From positions 104,465 through 168,464 of the IMG/VR virus record IMGVR_UViG_3300028413_000003: a stretch of 64,000 bases of DNA; one strand, 5' to 3'. This DNA comes from a virus. Lineage: Duplodnaviria; Heunggongvirae; Uroviricota; Caudoviricetes. Of this stretch, positions 9,666 to 18,485 are shown piece by piece; positions within the stretch are counted from its first letter, which is position 1, and every line of letters starts with the position of its first letter. The notes under the pieces are model-generated. The model saw only the letters and a program-made list of their open reading frames with translations, searched no databases and had not been told where the DNA came from. The position numbers and the translations under genes are program-made.

Positions 9666-9930
9666 AATATGGAAGAAATTTTTTAGCACAGTGCTTGAGA
9701 CAATAGCAGTTGGACTAATATGGATTGCAGGCTGCGGCGCCATCTTTGGCATTATTAGTTCTACACTGTATTTTGGGTTAGGAGTAAGCAACATAAACAT
9801 TATAATGTCACTGTCATTTGTATTACCACTTGTTCTAGGAGGTATATCATTTGCATTGCGGATAGTTTATATAGAGTCTAAGTACGAAGTTGAAAAAGAA
9901 AATCAAAAATTAATGAGAGACATAAATTGA
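9652..9930 (+). CDS. Hypothetical membrane protein
   Basis: 92 aa, two TM segments. Confidence 0.55.
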   Translation: MKMNRIWKKFFSTVLETIAVGLIWIAGCGAIFGIISSTLYFGLGVSNINIIMSLSFVLPLVLGGISFALRIVYIESKYEVEKENQKLMRDIN

Positions 9931-10415
9931 TTAGAGCAATACTAGCATGCGACGACAACTGGGGGATTGGCAAAGACGGTGGTTTGCCGTGGCCACATAA
10001 TCCTGCGGACTTAAAATGGTTCAAGGAATGCACAGTTGGTGCAGTGGTTGTAATGGGCAAGTCTACCTGGGACAGCTTACCGGTCAAGAGTCGGCCGTTG
10101 CCCAATCGCAACAACGTAGTAATCACCAGCAGTGTGATGGACAAAAATGGCCCGTATCATTATTTAACATTTGACGCTGCGACCAGTGGACTAATTGCAA
10201 TGTCCAAATTACAACATGTGTGGGTCATCGGCGGCGCCCAATTAGTTAATGGATTACTTCCGATCATTAACGAGATATGGCTGAGTCGTATTGATGGCAC
10301 ATTTGACTGCGATGTTGCACTTCCGGCAGAATTAATCAAAGAAAAGTTTCTTCTGGACGCAACTACACCCGGCACAGATATCAATATTGAAAAATGGATC
10401 AGAGACAGTGACTAA
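9927..10415 (+). CDS. folA: Dihydrofolate reductase
   Basis: ILACDDNWGIGKDGGLPW...DLKWFK...VVMGKSTWDSLP...RPLPNRNNVV...VIGG. Confidence 0.95.
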   Translation: MIRAILACDDNWGIGKDGGLPWPHNPADLKWFKECTVGAVVVMGKSTWDSLPVKSRPLPNRNNVVITSSVMDKNGPYHYLTFDAATSGLIAMSKLQHVWVIGGAQLVNGLLPIINEIWLSRIDGTFDCDVALPAELIKEKFLLDATTPGTDINIEKWIRDSD

Positions 10416-10563
10416 AGCCGTGATAAAAAGCCACCGGTGGGATTATTACCTCTTCTAACTAATGAACAAAAATACAAAGCATTAAATTGCACAGATAATT
10501 TATATTTTGGCCCAGCCGAATATCTTATAAATAAATTATCTAAAGATACAGGAGACGAATAAG

Positions 10564-10758
10564 ATGAAACATCTAGAAGAATTAGTAAGTGATAAAGAGC
10601 AGGTAATTGATGATAAAACTGCAACATTCCTTTCATTAAAGTATGGTGACGATTGGAGAGAAGAGTTAATTGATAACTATTACGTTGACGAAGGCATGCC
10701 AAGTAAGGCAAGAAGTATTGCCCTCGAAATTATTTTAAAACACGCAGGAGTTAAATAA
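10564..10758 (+). CDS. Hypothetical protein
   Basis: 64 aa ORF with SD AGGAG, directly before thyA. Confidence 0.5.
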   Translation: MKHLEELVSDKEQVIDDKTATFLSLKYGDDWREELIDNYYVDEGMPSKARSIALEIILKHAGVK

Positions 10759-10759
10759 G

Positions 10760-11626
10760 ATGAAGCAATACCATGAAGCTCTAGAATTTATTCTAGCCAA
10801 CGGCAAAGATCGCGACGACAGAACAGGTACAGGTACACGTGGAGTATTTGGATATCAAATGCGATTTGATTTACGCAAAGAATTTCCAGCAGTGACTACT
10901 AAGAAACTTGCATGGAAAAGTGTTGTTTCGGAATTGCTTTGGTTTTTAGAAGGCAGCACCGACGAACGTAGGCTTGCTGAAATACTATACGAAAAACCAA
11001 GAGAAGAACTAATAGGCAAGAATACCATATGGACTGCCAACGCAGACAAGCAGGCGCGAGACCTAGGATACAAGAACACCCCTACAGAGAAGGATCTAGG
11101 GCCCGTGTACGGCCATCAGTGGCGAACGTGGGATGCACAGCTAGGATACGTCGACCAGATAGCACAAGTGCTAGAAAGCTTGCACAATGATCCGTACAGC
11201 AGAAGACATATTGTAAATTCCTGGAATGTCGACCGTGTTCCTGTAATGGCGTTGCCGCCTTGTCATACCATGTTTCAATTTTATGTACAAGATGGAGAAT
11301 TAAGTTGCCAATTGTATCAGCGTTCAGCAGATGCACCACTTGGGTTGCCATTTAATATTGCCAGTTACAGTTTGCTTACACATATGTTTGCACAACTCCT
11401 TGGGCTAAAGGTTGGTGAGTTTATTCATACCTCTGGAGATTTACATATCTATCAAAATCAAATGGAAGGAATAAAAGAACAACTTAAGAGAGATCCGTTA
11501 CCAGGACCGACATTGGAAATGCCTGAGTTTTCAAATTTAGATGAGTTAATAAAAACAAAACCTAGTGATTATAAGTTGATAAATTATAATCACCATCCTG
11601 AAATTAAAATGCCGTTTGCTGTGTAA
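10760..11626 (+). CDS. thyA: Thymidylate synthase
   Basis: DRTGTGT, ELLWFLEG, GPVYGHQWR, MALPPCH, YQRSAD, PFNIASY. Confidence 0.97.
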   Translation: MKQYHEALEFILANGKDRDDRTGTGTRGVFGYQMRFDLRKEFPAVTTKKLAWKSVVSELLWFLEGSTDERRLAEILYEKPREELIGKNTIWTANADKQARDLGYKNTPTEKDLGPVYGHQWRTWDAQLGYVDQIAQVLESLHNDPYSRRHIVNSWNVDRVPVMALPPCHTMFQFYVQDGELSCQLYQRSADAPLGLPFNIASYSLLTHMFAQLLGLKVGEFIHTSGDLHIYQNQMEGIKEQLKRDPLPGPTLEMPEFSNLDELIKTKPSDYKLINYNHHPEIKMPFAV

Positions 11627-11632
11627 TTTTTC

Positions 11633-11675
11633 TTGCTGTTCCTTTCAATAAGATAGATAAAGAAAGGAACAGCAA
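11633..11675 (+). promoter_or_regulatory. RBS-sequestering hairpin upstream of the GIY-YIG remnant
   Basis: Perfect 14-bp inverted repeat TTGCTGTTCCTTTC / GAAAGGAACAGCAA; the right arm holds the SD and the A of ATG 11675. Confidence 0.7.
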
Positions 11676-11896
11676 TGCAAGGAATGTATTATATAGAAAA
11701 TACTAAAACTCAGCGTAGATATTATGGAAGCTCGTTTAATATAGAAAAAAAAAAACTAACTCAACATTAACAAGATTTAAAAAAAGGAAAACATCATAAT
11801 ATACAACTACAAAGAACTTATAACAAGTATAGCAAATTTACACGCAACGATAAATCGTATAAGACAAGGAAAACTCCCAACAAGGGGAACTTTTAA
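11675..11896 (+). pseudogene. Degenerate GIY-YIG homing endonuclease
   Basis: MQGMYYIENTKTQRRYYGSSFNIEK, frameshift in an A-run, then LTQH*QDLKKGKHHNIQLQRTYNKY; truncated. Confidence 0.8.
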
Positions 11897-11954
11897 AGGA
11901 GTAAGTATCTATGAAATATAACCCGATGCCTAGTATCAAAGCGCCAATGGCAGT

Positions 11955-12194
11955 ATGACAGGCAAAGTATCAATCAAAAACAAATATGCATGGTTACCAA
12001 AAAAGCTTACCAGCAGCAAGTGGGTGTGGCGGCGTCGTTATATAAAAATTAAGATGACCATTGCTCCGATTGCGGGAACACCGCTTCATGTAGTAACGGT
12101 GGAATCATACACACCAAATGACTATATGCTGTTATCGCTCACACGAGATTTTAAAAGAGAAGCAGAAGAAGGTAACCGTGCGTACTATTACTAG
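11955..12194 (+). CDS. Hypothetical protein, AWLP family copy 1
   Basis: KYAWLPKKLTSSKWVWRRRY, similar to 12620-12895. Confidence 0.6.
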   Translation: MTGKVSIKNKYAWLPKKLTSSKWVWRRRYIKIKMTIAPIAGTPLHVVTVESYTPNDYMLLSLTRDFKREAEEGNRAYYY

Positions 12195-12366
12195 TAGAGA
12201 AGAAGACAAAGCAGAGACCTGGAAAGCATTAAACAAGCTGCCAGTACAAGTACCAACAGATGCCGCTTTATTTTATTGTCCGTATATTCCGTTACAAATT
12301 GTCGGAGCCGTTCCTTCATCTACGACGCCCATAAAATTTAAAACACGGTATGAGATAACACAATGA
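12178..12366 (+). CDS. Mini-protein: REEDKAETW leader plus C-terminal fragment of a gp23-type major capsid protein
   Basis: DAALFYCPYIPLQ...FKTRY matches the T4-like gp23 C-terminal motif; GTG start at 12178 chosen. Confidence 0.7.
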   Translation: MRTITSREEDKAETWKALNKLPVQVPTDAALFYCPYIPLQIVGAVPSSTTPIKFKTRYEITQ

Positions 12367-12623
12367 GTAGAGAAGAAGATAAAGCAGAGACCTGGCGCAT
12401 AATAAGTCAGCCGCAGGAACGTCCTAATATTAAAGTATTAAAACAACAAGTACATAGCAAGTCGCGGGAATTGAGCGCAACGTGGGCCGTTGAAATGGAT
12501 GAAGAAATGGAGTCTTATTACGGAATAAATGTCAAGGAAGAACTGCAAAATGCTGTTATAAAGGAAATGGCCGATAGCATCGATCAAGAAATACTAAAAT
12601 CATTAAAGGGGAAGTTTAAATGA
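12363..12623 (+). CDS. Mini-protein: REEDKAETW leader plus central fragment of a gp23-type major capsid protein
   Basis: KQQVHSKSRELSATWAVEM...YGINVKEEL...EMADSIDQEIL aligns by eye to gp23 KQVIEAKSRQLKAAYSIEL...HGMDADAEL...EIMLEINREVV. Confidence 0.7.
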   Translation: MSREEDKAETWRIISQPQERPNIKVLKQQVHSKSRELSATWAVEMDEEMESYYGINVKEELQNAVIKEMADSIDQEILKSLKGKFK

Positions 12624-12895
12624 TGGGAGTTAATTCAGGATATACGCCAGGGCCTGCATTGCCAGAGCGTGCTATTCAGCAAAGATGGGCATGGCTTCCG
12701 CTCAAAAGCAACAGTGGTAAGTGGATTTGGAGAAGTTACTATGTACAGGTAAAAATTTACCAGGATGCTGATGGTAAGACACCGATAAAAGAAATTTACT
12801 GGAATTATATATTTACTGAAAATGAATATCTAGTATGGCTACTAAAGAATCCTGTGCCACTACCTCGAGGCAAGCTACAGAGTGTAGGAGTATAA
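12620..12895 (+). CDS. Hypothetical protein, AWLP family copy 2
   Basis: RWAWLPLKSNSGKWIWRSYY. Confidence 0.6.
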   Translation: MMGVNSGYTPGPALPERAIQQRWAWLPLKSNSGKWIWRSYYVQVKIYQDADGKTPIKEIYWNYIFTENEYLVWLLKNPVPLPRGKLQSVGV

Positions 12896-12955
12896 TTGCA
12901 AGTAAGCCAACTGCTAATGTGCCGCCAAAAGATCTTAGGCGGAGTTGGTTGATTA

Positions 12956-12985
12956 GCTAGGTCCCGTTGGGAACCTAGCATTTTT
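12956..12985. terminator. Probable intrinsic terminator between convergent genes
   Basis: GCTAGGTCCCGTTGGGAACCTAGC stem-loop followed by ATTTTT. Confidence 0.55.
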
Positions 12986-12986
12986 A

Positions 12987-13739
12987 TTAATAGTCGCCGT
13001 ATACCCGAAGGACTTCTTTAACAGCAGCATGTCTTTCGATGTCGCTGTGTTCAAACTCAACAACTGAAATATGAGTTGCATTAAATTCTTTCACTTGTTC
13101 AACAAAGTTAAGTAGTCCATTGTCTTTGAGCCTGTCTGCCTGTGCAAGGTCGCCGGTAACAGTCATCTTAGATCCTGTTCCGATACGTGTTAGCAACATC
13201 TTCATTTGATTAGGTGTTGCATTTTGCATTTCATCTGCAATAATATAGGCGTCTTTGAATGTTCTACCACGCATGTATGCAAGTGGAGAAATTTCAATCA
13301 CGCCTTCTGCAATCATGTTTTCAATTTCATTAGCGTAGAAGTATTCTCTAAATACATCAAAAATAGGTCGTGTCCAAGGAGCCATCTTTTGCTCTAGTGT
13401 ACCAGGCAGGAAGCCCAAATCTTCATCTGCGCTCACGGCTGGTCTTGTAACAACAATGCGATCAACATTCCCATCTAGAAAGCTTTTTACTGCCACCTGA
13501 CACGCCAACATGGTTTTGCCGGTTCCTGCAGGACCTATTCCGAAGACTATGTCTTTCTGCTCGTCCGTTAGTTGTAACACGTAAGTTTCTTGATTTCTAT
13601 TTCTTGGGATGATATCGACAGTTTTCTTCTTCTTTGGAAGAAAACTGTTAATTTTAACAACATTAGTGTTTGTGTTGTTGGTATTATTTTTCAAATAGTT
13701 CGATTGCTTTTTATTATTGTTAGCTCTAGCTTTACCCAT
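12987..13739 (-). CDS. phoH: PhoH family ATPase
   Basis: GPAGTGKT, TRPAV, LGFLPGTLEQKMAPW, YMRGRTF, DEMQN, GDLAQAD. Confidence 0.95.
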   Translation of the reverse strand: MGKARANNNKKQSNYLKNNTNNTNTNVVKINSFLPKKKKTVDIIPRNRNQETYVLQLTDEQKDIVFGIGPAGTGKTMLACQVAVKSFLDGNVDRIVVTRPAVSADEDLGFLPGTLEQKMAPWTRPIFDVFREYFYANEIENMIAEGVIEISPLAYMRGRTFKDAYIIADEMQNATPNQMKMLLTRIGTGSKMTVTGDLAQADRLKDNGLLNFVEQVKEFNATHISVVEFEHSDIERHAAVKEVLRVYGDY

Positions 13740-13807
13740 TCAGTCCTCCTGTAGGCAGTTTGACAGAGTGATTGGTCCTTAACAGGACGTTATATTCCCT
13801 GCACTTA

Positions 13808-13866
13808 TATTTATCCCCTAGTGTCGTGTTAAAACCACGCATTGAATACAAATGATAAATATAAGT
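13808..13866. promoter_or_regulatory. Divergent pair of T4-like late-promoter motifs (GATAAATATAAGT)
   Basis: GATAAATA on the minus strand (13815-13808) facing phoH and on the plus strand (13854-13861) facing 13887; both continue TAAGT. Confidence 0.55.
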
Positions 13867-13886
13867 AATACAATTTAGGAACTTTA

Positions 13887-14441
13887 ATGAGCAACATTCT
13901 TGACGAATTAGATGTAATTAAAAACATCGAAGGTATGTACGAAAGCAATAGTGCGTTTGAAGTATTAAAAGACTTCGAACGTGTACTCGATGAACTCGAC
14001 ATTTACGTTTACAAAAATTGGCAAGACGGCGAACTTGCTGCTGGCCCAACAATTGATAGACATTGGATTTCAGCTAAATTTTTCTGGAAGAGAGATAAGA
14101 TGCCAGACCCAATGGGCGGCAAGCGTCTTCTTGATTATGACTGTAAAGTGTCTTATGAAAAGTCGTACATTGCAAAACCAAGAAAAGTAAGAACTCAAGC
14201 CGACTTGCGGACTGGTACTAAAAAAGGAAAAATGGAAAAATCTCCTATATGGATTGTTGAAATTCGCATGCCCAAGAAATTGCTTGCTGACATGTATGCT
14301 GCTAACTTGGAAAACCTGGATGACATAACAGACGCCGATGTAGAAGAAGAACCGCAGAATGCACTACCGGACGAGATATCACCAGAGGCGGAAGATCAAG
14401 CAGCACCGGACGCTGCTGGCGACAACGGAGGTGCTTTGTAA
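13887..14441 (+). CDS. Hypothetical protein with acidic C-terminus
   Basis: 184 aa ORF with SD AGGA after the late-type motif. Confidence 0.7.
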   Translation: MSNILDELDVIKNIEGMYESNSAFEVLKDFERVLDELDIYVYKNWQDGELAAGPTIDRHWISAKFFWKRDKMPDPMGGKRLLDYDCKVSYEKSYIAKPRKVRTQADLRTGTKKGKMEKSPIWIVEIRMPKKLLADMYAANLENLDDITDADVEEEPQNALPDEISPEAEDQAAPDAAGDNGGAL

Positions 14442-15160
14442 TGGGTCTTGGCGCACGTGATTTAAATGACATGGTTGAACAGGTTTTTGAAATTGATTCG
14501 TACAGTAGTAAAATGGGAAACGATTCATCCATTGTTGTTGTAAGTTTTACTGTAAGAGAAGAGGCACCCGCACAGGACCTTGTGGCATTTATCGAAAAGG
14601 GCTACGGCTTTGTACTAGATGCTGATTGTTCAAGTGGTGAACAAGACGACGGCATGTATCGAGTGTTTGTTGAAATTGAAAGAGATCCAGAAGTTGTTGA
14701 ACAAATTATGGAATTAATGGATGGCGTTTCAAAACTTGCTGGAAGAAATGACTTTGAATTTCGGTATTACAAAGGTTTTGAAAGCAGACCTCTTACTGTA
14801 GAAGAATTAACAAATAGTATTCCTACTGACAAGACATCTTATGAATCTGTAGTAACTGAAACAAATATGAACAACTTTAAGAATTTCTTTAACCGAAGTT
14901 ATTTAGACGAAGTAACGCTTACGCACGACCAAACACTTAGTATAAAAAAAGTGTTTTCTGACCCAGTTGTATTTAAAGTCAAAGGGTTTGGCGAGAGTGT
15001 ACAGATAGATAATGCAATAAAGGAAAGAATAAACGTGGATGCATACGCCGAACTATTGTTTTTAACAAAATACATAGGCGATTATAATATAACAAAGTTT
15101 GGCGATCATACACTAACCTTTGAAAACAGCGGACACATGTTAGTCCTAGAAAGACTATAA
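14441..15160 (+). CDS. Hypothetical protein
   Basis: 239 aa ORF coupled by TAATG. Confidence 0.7.
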   Translation: MGLGARDLNDMVEQVFEIDSYSSKMGNDSSIVVVSFTVREEAPAQDLVAFIEKGYGFVLDADCSSGEQDDGMYRVFVEIERDPEVVEQIMELMDGVSKLAGRNDFEFRYYKGFESRPLTVEELTNSIPTDKTSYESVVTETNMNNFKNFFNRSYLDEVTLTHDQTLSIKKVFSDPVVFKVKGFGESVQIDNAIKERINVDAYAELLFLTKYIGDYNITKFGDHTLTFENSGHMLVLERL

Positions 15161-15174
15161 ACAAGGAATAGATA

Positions 15175-16002
15175 ATGACATTTAAATTTAATTTTGAAGA
15201 GAATATGACCATCGAGCTACTACGAGGTAACAGCGAAGCAGACGATTGGCATGATGCAATGTACGAGGTCCTGCCACTTTGGGACATAGATACAGTTAAT
15301 CGAGTCGCCGGATTTATATCACAATGCAGTCACGAATCAGGAAACTTTGCAAAGCTTTCTGAAAATATGAATTATAGCGCAGCTAGATTAAATGTAATAT
15401 TTCCAAAGTATTTTAAAAGGGCAGGACGTGATGCAAACTCATACCACCGTCGCCCAAGAGCTATTGCAAACGTAGTTTATGCAAACAGAATGGGCAATGG
15501 CGATGCAGCAAGCAACGACGGATGGAACTTTAGAGGCGGTGGCTTATTACACCTTACTGGAAGAAACAACTATACTGCATTTGGCAAAGCTGTTAGAATG
15601 TCGCCAGAGCAGGCTGCTGTATATGTAAGAACCAAGAAAGGTGCAGTCGATAGTGCATGTTGGTTCTGGGAAGAAAACAATCTCAACAAGTTTTGCGACA
15701 GCGGCGATGTTAGACAATTGTCAAAAACCATTAACGGTGGGTGGAATGGGTTGGCTCACAGGATAGAGAACTGGGATCACGCTATTGCAGTCCTTGGTGG
15801 CGAAGTTAACGTACGATTTGAGACAGTGCGCATAGGAAGCAGAGGCCCAACTGTTCGGGCAATACAAGAAGAACTTGAAATTACAGCCGATGGAATATTT
15901 GGAGTCGGAACCGAAGCGCACCTAAGAGCATGGCAACAAAGTGCCGGACTAGTAGTTGACGGAATTGCTGGACCAAACACATTAAAAAAGCTACTAGGAT
16001 AA
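15175..16002 (+). CDS. Endolysin: GH19 catalytic domain plus C-terminal peptidoglycan-binding domain
   Basis: AGFISQCSHESG, ANVVYANRMGNG, GWNFRGGGLLHLTGRNNY, INGGWNGLAHR; C-terminal DGIFG...DGIAGPNT. Confidence 0.88.
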   Translation: MTFKFNFEENMTIELLRGNSEADDWHDAMYEVLPLWDIDTVNRVAGFISQCSHESGNFAKLSENMNYSAARLNVIFPKYFKRAGRDANSYHRRPRAIANVVYANRMGNGDAASNDGWNFRGGGLLHLTGRNNYTAFGKAVRMSPEQAAVYVRTKKGAVDSACWFWEENNLNKFCDSGDVRQLSKTINGGWNGLAHRIENWDHAIAVLGGEVNVRFETVRIGSRGPTVRAIQEELEITADGIFGVGTEAHLRAWQQSAGLVVDGIAGPNTLKKLLG

Positions 16003-16006
16003 ACAC

Positions 16007-16462
16007 ATGAAAATAGCAGGTGTATTATTGATTGTTATTGCAGTACTGTGTGGAGGATTTTACTGGTATTATCAAAATTCACAGAGCAGAATCGAAGCTC
16101 TCAATGCCGATAATGCAACACTAACGATAGCAGTTGACTCAAACGAAGCTGCTATCGTTTCATTACAGCTGGACTACGAACTTGTTCAACAAGAGAGTCG
16201 CCGTGTAAATCGTGAGTTTGCAAATGTACGCAGACAAAACAATCTACTAGCCGAAAAACTAGGCGATTCTGATATTGGGTTCTTGGCTGCTAGCAAACCT
16301 GAATTAATCGAAAGACTAATCAACAGAGGAACAGAAAGTGCCGGACGATGTTTTGAAATACTGTCAGGTGCGCCTCTAACACAACAAGAAAGGAATGCAA
16401 CCGATGCGACATCTTTTAATGCTGAGTGTCCTTGGCTTTGGACTAATGGCATGCAGCCCTGA
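16007..16462 (+). CDS. Putative inner-membrane spanin (Rz-like)
   Basis: N-terminal TM helix then coiled coil, next to the endolysin, overlapped by a lipoprotein ORF. Confidence 0.6.
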   Translation: MKIAGVLLIVIAVLCGGFYWYYQNSQSRIEALNADNATLTIAVDSNEAAIVSLQLDYELVQQESRRVNREFANVRRQNNLLAEKLGDSDIGFLAASKPELIERLINRGTESAGRCFEILSGAPLTQQERNATDATSFNAECPWLWTNGMQP

Positions 16463-16781
16463 GCAAGAAGTTCTAAAAATTTCAACTACTCCTGTTGCTA
16501 GGCCAACACTGTTACTGCCGCAAGCAGACGAAGTAGTGGCGCGGCCGGTAGAATGGATAGTTATTACGCCCGACAACTTTGAAGAAAAGATGTCAGAACT
16601 TGCTGCATCGGGGGAAGCAGTTGTGGTGTTCGGAGTTACCGGCACCGGCTACGAAAATTTAAGTTTGAACTTATCAGACATACGGGCATTAGTTGAACAA
16701 CAACAACAAATTATTATAGCATACAATCGTTATTACAATCAATCAATCAGGGCACTAGACGGAGCAGTAATAATAGACTAA
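16395..16781 (+). CDS. Putative outer-membrane lipoprotein spanin (Rz1-like)
   Basis: Signal peptide ending in lipobox-like LMAC; overlaps the Rz-like gene. Confidence 0.6.
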   Translation: MQPMRHLLMLSVLGFGLMACSPEQEVLKISTTPVARPTLLLPQADEVVARPVEWIVITPDNFEEKMSELAASGEAVVVFGVTGTGYENLSLNLSDIRALVEQQQQIIIAYNRYYNQSIRALDGAVIID

Positions 16782-16804
16782 TACCGGCATTTAGGAGGGT
16801 ACCA

Positions 16805-17179
16805 ATGCCAAGAGAATTTCCAGAAGACGTTGAACTTGTTTCTCGCAATAGGCGCAATCTTACAAACAAAGATGCCGCGCACAACCAAGTCTTGCCCAGT
16901 CGCACAATCGAGCTAGACTCAGAAGTTGATGCTACTGCAAAAGACTTCGGGCCAAATCCTTATAAAAAATGGATACACATGGCTAGAGCATTTGATGCCT
17001 GGCGGCCATTTCCAAGACTGTTTATTGGTATATACATCTACATATTGCATCGTTCTATTGAATGGTACTTGGCGTTGCCTGACCCAACCTTGGAACAAAG
17101 CGGTTTTATTTCTGTTATCGTAGGAGCAGGCGCTGCATGGTTTGGTCTCTATGTCGGATCCGGTAGGCACAACAGATAA
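16805..17179 (+). CDS. Putative holin-like membrane protein
   Basis: Two C-terminal TM helices; lysis-cassette position. Confidence 0.4.
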   Translation: MPREFPEDVELVSRNRRNLTNKDAAHNQVLPSRTIELDSEVDATAKDFGPNPYKKWIHMARAFDAWRPFPRLFIGIYIYILHRSIEWYLALPDPTLEQSGFISVIVGAGAAWFGLYVGSGRHNR

Positions 17180-17197
17180 CCTTCAATAAGTATATGC

Positions 17198-17995
17198 ATG
17201 AACCATTACAGCATATTAGGCGTTTCTAACACAGCGAGTCAGGATGACATTAAGGTAGCATATCGAAAGCTTGCCAAGCAACATCATCCTGACACTGGTG
17301 GCGACGAAACAAAATTCAAAGAAGTTAACGAAGCATACCAAACTTTAAAAGACGAAGACAAACGACGTGCGTACGATCAACCGGCACAAGAAATGAACAT
17401 TGACCCGAACAACTTTGAGGATATGTTTTCATCATTCTTTAACCAGCGCACTGTACAACGACGCAACAGAGATATAAAGATCGCTATTAGTATCACGTTG
17501 GAAGAGGTTGCATCCGGCAAAGAAATAATAGCAAAATATGTATTAGCAACTGGCGAACATACAACTGCAACTATTAAGATACATCCTGGTGCCGAAAACG
17601 GCGAAGCAATTAGATACAAAGGGCTCGGAGACAATGCTGCTAGTCAATTGCCGCGCGGCGACTTGTTGGTATTCATAAATGTACTAAATCACGAAAAGTT
17701 TGACAGAGACAAAAATCACGTGTATACTACATATGAGATCAACGTACTTGACCTTATACTAGGCACAAAAATAAATATTCAAACATTATTAGGTCACAAT
17801 ATTGCAATTAATGTGCCTGCAGGCACACAACCCGGCACTATTATGAACGTAGCAGGGCACGGGTTACCTAACTTAAAGACCGGTGCCACTGGAAGTTTCT
17901 TTGTTGTGTTAAAAGGAAAAGTTCCAGTACTTCTCAAAGACGGCATTTTAACAAGGATCAAAGATATAAATGATGAAATTAATAACGGCGCCTAG
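17198..17995 (+). CDS. dnaJ: DnaJ/CbpA-type co-chaperone without zinc finger
   Basis: J-domain HYSILGV...[12 protein letters not shown]...FKEVNEAY; C-terminal GDLLV and G.G.P motifs. Confidence 0.9.
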   Translation: MNHYSILGVSNTASQDDIKVAYRKLAKQHHPDTGGDETKFKEVNEAYQTLKDEDKRRAYDQPAQEMNIDPNNFEDMFSSFFNQRTVQRRNRDIKIAISITLEEVASGKEIIAKYVLATGEHTTATIKIHPGAENGEAIRYKGLGDNAASQLPRGDLLVFINVLNHEKFDRDKNHVYTTYEINVLDLILGTKINIQTLLGHNIAINVPAGTQPGTIMNVAGHGLPNLKTGATGSFFVVLKGKVPVLLKDGILTRIKDINDEINNGA

Positions 17996-18485
17996 TGTGT
18001 TGCTCGAGTCACCGGTGTTACCGTTTGACATAGAGAAAATGCATCCGGGGCCAATTGCACTAGACATGATAGACTTAATGAATGTACAAAGTGGGTTAGG
18101 GCTAAGTGCAAACCAGGTAGGGTTAAACGCACAAATATTTGTTATGAAAGCAATACTAAACAAAACTTATGGTTCGCCATTGGTGGTAATTAATCCAAAC
18201 ATAAAAAGTATAAGCAATGTAAGAGAAGAAGGCGTCGAAGGATGCCTTAGTCATCCAGGATTGTACTTAAAAGTCAAACGGCCAATAAGTGTTATAGTAG
18301 AATTTGAGACGTTGACAGACGACTCAAAGTCTGTTATAAATGTAGAGACCAAGTTTGATGACATTGATGCCAGAGTGTTCTTACACGAGTATGACCACTT
18401 ACATGGCATCCAATTTATTAATAGAGTCAGTAAACTTAAACTATCAATGGCTGAAAAGCGTAGAACCAAGAAAGAGCATATATGA
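17970..18485 (+). CDS. def: Peptide deformylase
   Basis: All three motifs present: [23 protein letters not shown]. Confidence 0.93.
   Translation: MMKLITAPSVLLESPVLPFDIEKMHPGPIALDMIDLMNVQSGLGLSANQVGLNAQIFVMKAILNKTYGSPLVVINPNIKSISNVREEGVEGCLSHPGLYLKVKRPISVIVEFETLTDDSKSVINVETKFDDIDARVFLHEYDHLHGIQFINRVSKLKLSMAEKRRTKKEHI

Noticed and set aside
10412-10562. Frameshifted gene between folA and ORF 10564
   Set aside because: A 41-aa GTG-started ORF (10437-10562) explains the open frame without recoding, and no motif supports either reading.
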